Of a DNA stretch of 64,000 nt, positions 57,448 through 64,000 are shown piece after piece. Source of the DNA: Mayamaea pseudoterrestris (Eukaryota). The stretch's first letter is position 1, and the number at the start of each line of letters is the position of its first letter. The stretch spans positions 1 through 64,000 of the forward strand of contig BROI01000036.1 of assembly GCA_027923505.1 (NCBI GenBank). Direction: 5' to 3'. The translations under genes and the position numbers were made by a program. A model generated the notes under the pieces. That model was not told the DNA's origin. It saw nothing but the letters and a program-made list of their open reading frames with translations, and did no database searches.

Positions 57448-59388
57448 ATGGCAGAAGTGGACGGCCAGCAGCTACCAGTGAATTATTCTCCTGGCGATTT
57501 TGTTGAGCTGACCCGCGGAGAGTATAAAGGGCGCCGCGGCTACATCCTTGAACCCCGACAATGGTGGACCTCGGATCACAATGGCCTTCTCATAGTGATT
57601 GACAATTATTATCCGTATCACATGCTGCTAGAGGACTTGTTCCATTCTCTAGTCGAAGTTCAGGAAAGCGATGTGAAGCTACTACAAAAGGAAGACGAAG
57701 AGATTTTCGTGCCAGTTTATGACCTTTATTCGACTCGCTTCCCGCTCTACGGATATGGATGGGCGCGGTCGTTTCCTGACGATCTGCATTGGATTCAGAC
57801 ATCTCCTGCATATGCGTCTCTACAGCGGCCCTCGATTGAAGAGCTGCCTGAACTTCATACAATTGACTCTATATTTAAAAGCGAGGAAACTGAGCGACTC
57901 TACCTTAACATGTTCAAAGGAATTAATTTAGTATTGTCTTGGAAATATGAGTTTCAACGGGCCGATCATGATCCATTTTCCTTTCCGCACCGTGACAATG
58001 ATAATCATTTGGACGAATGCGATCCTACACTGGTGGTGAAAGCATATGAACTTGACCAAGATAGACGTGCTGCTATGCTGATAACCATTAGTCTCATTCC
58101 TGTATCATATATAGATGCGGATGGCAGGAGGCAACGCAAAATTGGATTTACGAGTAGTTGGATAGATGAGCGACTGGGAAAATGCCAACTCATGCCGAAT
58201 CAACATCAGATCCTGATCTACCGCATGTTGCACATGTTGCTTCGGTTGGCGGCGTGCGACCTCGGCAACAGCATCGTTTCGAATATTGCCACTACGTTGA
58301 CCAACGAATATAAAGATCGAAATTGGTGGAAGGAAGCACTCGATGTCGCCCACATTGTCTGCGATTTAAAGTTAATCTCCCAGCACAGGGATGACTTGTT
58401 CTTTGAACTGTACACCGTCGCTACGTGCCTCGAGACGTGCGGTAGGTTGCGCGATGCTGGGGACCTCTACGGCTCAACCATCGAAGCTTATGCCAAAAAC
58501 CCTGTCCAGAACGCTCAGTTTTTGCCCATTGAAGCTGAAGATTCCCGACTTCTACCCCATGTTTTGTGTGAGCTACGATTGCGTCTTCGTCGGGGACGGG
58601 CCTACGTTATTGGCAAGGAATGGGAAAACGCGGAGGTATCTTTGCTAGACATGATGAGATTCCTGTTTAATAATGCTAGTGGAGACCAGGGTTTTCATGA
58701 GCCCATGTTTGAGTTAGCGTGGGCTGAGTTGGATGGGACGTATTATACTTGGGTGGCGTCTAAGGGCAGTTCTGCTACAAGAATTGCAGATCCAAGGATT
58801 GAAGTTGCCGTGATATTAAAAGCTGCTATTCTATCCACACGCGTTACTTTCGAAATTATAGAAGAACCATCACATTGTATTGCGGAGCGGTTGCTGAGAA
58901 GTCCGCGTGCTGCCAAGAAGGCGCTCAGGAAAGCATTTTTGTTGGAATCCGTCGAATCTTTTCGTGCGACTGTGCGCTCTTGGAAAAGGGCAGGCGCAAG
59001 CACAGATGTTTCTTTTAACCAAGAGCTTATGATGCGTCAATACAAGGACCGGCGAGCGACCGCAAAGGAGGAAGCTCGGACCTTTCATCTACAAAGATGT
59101 TTTAAGCTACCTACTACATGCAATTGCAGTCATCCAACATGTGAGCGTTACGGCGACACCTCAACTATGTTTAAATGCGCGCAATGCAAGTCCGTTAATT
59201 ACTGGTACGTTTCGACAATGCATGTGGTACAAGGACAGTCACCTTGCATAATGCGTCACATCCTAACCCTTCGCCACATTGACTCTCGCAGCTCAAAGGA
59301 ATGTCAAGTTTCGGATTGGAAAGCACACCGGAGTGACTGCAAACGCATTGCTGCAGAACTAGCAAAGCGCTCGTTGAAGCAACACTAA
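57448..59388 (+). CDS. MYND zinc-finger protein (2 exons)
   Basis: CSHPTC...KCAQCKSVNYC|SKECQVSDWKAHRSDC after removing intron 59205-59291; KOW-like N-terminus. Confidence 0.75.
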   Translation: MAEVDGQQLPVNYSPGDFVELTRGEYKGRRGYILEPRQWWTSDHNGLLIVIDNYYPYHMLLEDLFHSLVEVQESDVKLLQKEDEEIFVPVYDLYSTRFPLYGYGWARSFPDDLHWIQTSPAYASLQRPSIEELPELHTIDSIFKSEETERLYLNMFKGINLVLSWKYEFQRADHDPFSFPHRDNDNHLDECDPTLVVKAYELDQDRRAAMLITISLIPVSYIDADGRRQRKIGFTSSWIDERLGKCQLMPNQHQILIYRMLHMLLRLAACDLGNSIVSNIATTLTNEYKDRNWWKEALDVAHIVCDLKLISQHRDDLFFELYTVATCLETCGRLRDAGDLYGSTIEAYAKNPVQNAQFLPIEAEDSRLLPHVLCELRLRLRRGRAYVIGKEWENAEVSLLDMMRFLFNNASGDQGFHEPMFELAWAELDGTYYTWVASKGSSATRIADPRIEVAVILKAAILSTRVTFEIIEEPSHCIAERLLRSPRAAKKALRKAFLLESVESFRATVRSWKRAGASTDVSFNQELMMRQYKDRRATAKEEARTFHLQRCFKLPTTCNCSHPTCERYGDTSTMFKCAQCKSVNYWYVSTMHVVQGQSPCIMRHILTLRHIDSRSSKECQVSDWKAHRSDCKRIAAELAKRSLKQH

Positions 59389-59793
59389 GCAACCTAGGAG
59401 CTTAATTGAGTCATCCACTCAAGATTGATTTATAGTTTGTGTTGGAATGAACTTGTTGCTCTGATGGATATCGTAGTCGACAAATCTGCTTAGCTATCAG
59501 TAGCTACCGTTGGGGAAGCACATAGGCCGATATATCAGTACCGGTACGATGCAATCGCCGACACGCGCGCCATTTTGGCGATCCATCGCCAGCGCGAGGT
59601 GCGACCACCACGGAACAAACAAACCATCGATCCTTCCTCGAGCACCTTCATGCCAAAGACGAGGACGCGGCACGGAGTGATTGACAGAGCGTGTGCTTGA
59701 TACATATATACTTGGTTTCGTGGATTAACGCGGGAGTCTTGCGTGTGAAACGAGCCAGTGTGGCCCGCTTTCACTACAGAAGCCTCCGAGCAA

Positions 59794-62700
59794 ATGCGGC
59801 CTACGCCTTGGACTAGCAGCGGGTTTGGTCGATCGAATCGTCATCGAGAACGAAGAGATAGTACTAGTACTGGAGTTACGGAGTCAGCAGCAGTGCTATC
59901 CGTATCGCCGAGGCACAGTAATCAACACTCTTCATCAAGTGGAAGCAGCAGTAATCGACAGAAACCTTTCGCTCGGCACAGCATGTCGCCTCGCAAGCAG
60001 CGACCGCCGACAGTCACCAACAGTCATGCAAGCAGCAACCAGTCAATATCATCCGACAAGATCATGATGCGTCGGGGTCGATTTTTGGAGTCATCGGCGA
60101 ATCATGACGACGAGGAAAAGCATTCTGGTGGAGGCTGCGACAGTACGAGCGCAAGCAGCAACAAGTGGCGCATGCATCCAGCTACCACGTCCATCATGAC
60201 TGCGACTGGTGGACTGCAAGCCGAGTCTGGCTCGTACAGTGGCAGCAAGGAGCAAGGTGCATTTGGAAGCAGTAGCAGCAAGGATTTTGGCGTTTCCAAC
60301 AATACTTTCAAATATGCAACAAATCACTCGGCCAACGTTGAAAATGACGATGATTGGGGCCAGCGTATGGGTGCCTGGGACGAGGACCATCTTTCGCCGC
60401 ATCCGTGGAGCGACACTGGCTTTGCCGGCGAGCACGTTGACGATGATATGGACGCCATTCGCTTTGTCGACTCGTCGCCTCGGGCCGACTATCAATTTAC
60501 TAAAAATGAAGATAACGATGTCGACTTGGTTTCGCATGAGCAAGGAACATTGGAGCGACCCATTGCCGTTGAAGAACTTGACTTGGATGCTCGTGAGAAG
60601 GAAATCAAGGAGCGTCAGTCGATGCAAATGAAACATCGAGTCGCTTCTTTAACACAGGATGAATCGGAGCAGCAACTGGAGGAACTTGTCGTGGCCCCTA
60701 GTGCAAGCAGTCATCATGGGAGCAAAAGCTTGGGAAAGGGTATTTTGAGGTTCTTTGGTGTAAGTTCACGACTATATCAGATGATGATGATGTCTATTAG
60801 CTACTGCATTTGACCCTGACACCCATGCTTTCTTTTTTGTCGCAGGGACGTGGTCGAACGAGCAAGTCCAAGGGCAACAGCAGCGGATCCATCAAGCAGA
60901 GTTTGCTACCTGGAGTGTTGCATGCGTCAAGCTCAATGAACAGCACCGACAATGTCAGCGTTTCGCTCGCACCGACTGGCATTGTAACGCCACGAAGTAA
61001 TTATGCTTTGACGGGCAGCAGAAAGTTTGCGGCGCGATTACCATCCTACCAACAACGGCACACCTCGTCGACGCCAAGTGGCCAGGTAACGACGGTGGCC
61101 GCCATGAATGAGTCTACCGCAATAGATGCACAAACCTCGGGCGACACGTCAGTGTCGGAAGTGACGAATCCAACTGTCTTTACACATGTGCAACCTCAGC
61201 AGCAGGCCATTGATCCGTTCTCTGACTCGTACTTTTTCGCAGAAGACAGTCAACCGAAGGATGGCGGGAGCGATAGCACCATGAATGAGAGCGGCTCGTC
61301 AGTGCATCCGCCAAACGACCAAGAGCGCGACGAGGAGGAATATCGATTGGCTCCTGTCGCCAGCGATGAGTTTAGTGACCCTTTCTTTCCGTCCTCCTCG
61401 CCACGACAGCAGAAGGACTCATCTGGATTATCTCAGCAAACTGATCGAGCAGCGGTCATGGCGAGTAAGAGCGCGACCAGTAAAAATTTGGCAGCGCTGA
61501 GCAACATCACAGTTGCTATGGAAAGATCCGCTGGACCGGATTCGGTTCAATGTTCATTCAGTGAAAATGAGGAAAAGAAGGAGCAAGACCATTTGCCCCT
61601 GCCTACTAAGCGTATCATGTCCCGTGCTTCACTACTGGGCAGTAGTAGGAGCTTTCGCGGCTTGGCCAAGAGTCCACGGCAGTCAGTGTCATCATATATG
61701 CCTAGCGTTCATTCCAAGCAGAGTGTGACCACGACGGAAGCAGTCAAGTCGCCAATAAAGGCATCGTCTCATGGAAAGTCAGGACTGTACAGTCAGCCGC
61801 ATCGTCTCATATTTTCCGCGGCGCCGTCTCCTCGCTGGACTGGGAGGGAGTTGACGGCTGAACTATCATCGCCCACTACTTCAAGTGAAGATTCAACGAG
61901 AGAGGTTGTACACAAACCAAGCTTTACGACGCATGGCGCCATTGTTGGAACCAAGTCGGCGGAAACTGTGAGCAGAATGCGACCTAGGACAGTCCGAGCA
62001 TTTCGCAGCTACTCGCCTTCCATTCCTGCAGTAGAGAAGACTCATGGACCACCTTTGCAAGGAGCTGTCGGAAGCAAGAATGCATATCATGGCCGAGTAA
62101 CTCCTGGAATGACAGATAAGCTCCGAAAGCGCCAGCAACGAAAGCATGAGGAGCAGACTTTGTCGCCAGATGTTACAGGGAAACCGAGCTTGCCTCGAGT
62201 GGCTACACTATCACAACCACGAACGTTGGCCGCGAACAAGGACTCCCCGGGCAAGGTTCTTCCAAGTTCGCCTCGCATTCCACCCAATCTAAGTATGACG
62301 GGTCGTGGGCCGGGTTCAAAGACTATTTCAGCCGTAAGTCGGATTCATCCTCCATCTCCCACTTCGTCTGCAACGAAGCGATCAGATGCGGCAAATTTTC
62401 AAGGACGACTCCAGCGTTTGCGTAGTTTCAGTCCTACCGTAATTGGAGAGCAAAGCAACGCAGTGAAATCATCTCCTGCTGTTATTACAACACGTCCGGA
62501 TCCTCCAATAATACATGGGTTAAAAATGAAACCAAAAGCGGATGCACCTGCTCACAGCTATACGTTGCCAACCGTTGCCAGTCGCAAGAAAACTAGAGAT
62601 GCCGCTTTATCGACGACATCTCGGTCCCCAAGGTCGAACAAAATACTTCCAGGAGTAAGCAATTCACCAACTAACAAAGATGACATCGTCAGGAATAACG

Positions 62701-64000
62701 CTTTCTCAATGACGGGATCGACGGCGTCTGGGTTGTCTCGGCGACCTTACAATTTAGCGACAAGCACCGGCGCAGTTGTAAATCGCCTGCAGAGCTCGAG
62801 TTCATGTTCGACCGATGAAGGATCGACAACGCTGTCGCTGGCGTCGATGGGAACTGATATCAACAAGCTGAGGACAATCATCCGAAAGTCGCGGTCAAAA
62901 CCCATTCCGGAACGAGCGTTAATGCTTGACGAGTCTACCTCATTTTACTCATCATGCGACGAATCAAACATTAAAGACCCTGTCCACAGAGCTGGTCTGC
63001 GCTTTCTGTCCAAAGCCATCGTTCCTATTCAGTCAGCAGTACGGCGACACCTTGCACTGAGGGAGGCATTGACGCGGATGTGGGCCATTGTTATCATTCA
63101 AGCTCTCGCCAGACGCGTCTTGGCTCAAAAACAATACTTCCACACGGTTGTCACGACCATTATGATCCAAGCTTGGTGGAGGGGTTGTCAAGTACGCGAC
63201 CGACTGTTACTAAAGCAATGCTGTGCCATTGAGATCCAGCGTTTTGTCCGTGGGTATTTGGCGACCATGAGCGTCTACGAAGACATTTTTCGAGTTACCA
63301 TCGTGCAAAGTGTAGCTCGGCGGAAGGTTGCAATCGAGCGAGCTACCGATCGAATGATTTTCATCATCCATAGTCAATCTCTTGCTCGTGGGTTCCTTCA
63401 GCGACTTCGGATGAAGAGGATGATTTCAGCTGCAACCGTACTTCAGACAAAATGGCGAGCATTCTTCTGTCAATTCAACTATCAGCTAGACGTTCTCGAT
63501 ATAATCATCGTTCAAAGTGCTTGGCGGAGAAGGTCCGCCACCGTCAAGGTCCGAGACTTGCAACGCGTGCGGCGAGTCAATGCAGCGATCAAGATACAGT
63601 CAAAGGTCAGGGCCGGTGTTTGTAGATCCAACTTTGTCATTCTTCGAGCAATTGTCAAGATCCAGTCGACATGGCGAATGTGGGCCTGTTTCAATACTTA
63701 CCAAGACTACAGAGCTGCTGTAAAAATTCAATCAGTTTGGCGAGGTTTTGTTTGTGCTCGAACCTATTTGGAATATATCGCTGCTGTTGTCATTCAAGCA
63801 AAGGTACGGATGTTCCTAAGCACAAAACGTTATACTGCATACATCGCGGCAAGACTTATACAAAGCAACATACGGGCAAGATTGTGCCGTGTTACATTTG
63901 TCGAGTATTTAAGTGCCCGCAAGATCCAGGCTCGCATTCGGTGCTACTCTGCCTCCTCGTGGTATATTGGATACATAAATGCAAGGCGTATCCAAACGCA
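59794..64000 (+). CDS. Large IQ-motif-repeat protein (ASPM-like), 3' end outside window
   Basis: Intron 60760-60845, then a reading frame that appears open to the window end. Many IQxxxRGxxxR repeats from about 63020 (IQSAVRR, IQAWWRG, IQRFVRG, IQSVWRG). Confidence 0.8.

Overview
Eukaryotic, gene-dense genomic DNA from a diatom. Evidence: an aureochrome 1a, a DUF6824-type protein, diatom-type bipartite targeting peptides, short GT-AG introns and many CAG/polyQ tracts. About 27 protein-coding genes can be supported. They include a Crinkler-like P-loop NTPase, METTL18/HPM1, a CCA-adding enzyme, a 9-exon AMT ammonium transporter, an M11 metalloprotease, methylmalonyl-CoA mutase, RPS3, AUREO1a, two tandem bZIP factors, a MYND protein and an IQ-repeat protein that runs off the window end. 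The most notable element is a 4-exon gene for a GdmH-type guanidine hydrolase (DRHxD and GTGWPEPGG signatures) with a mitochondrial-type presequence. It lies 2.8 kb from the ammonium transporter and about 14 kb from a decayed urea-transporter pseudogene, suggesting an organellar guanidine-to-urea/ammonium nitrogen pathway. No rRNA, tRNA, CRISPR array or intact transposon could be supported. Exon boundaries were read by eye and family calls come from remembered motifs, not database searches.
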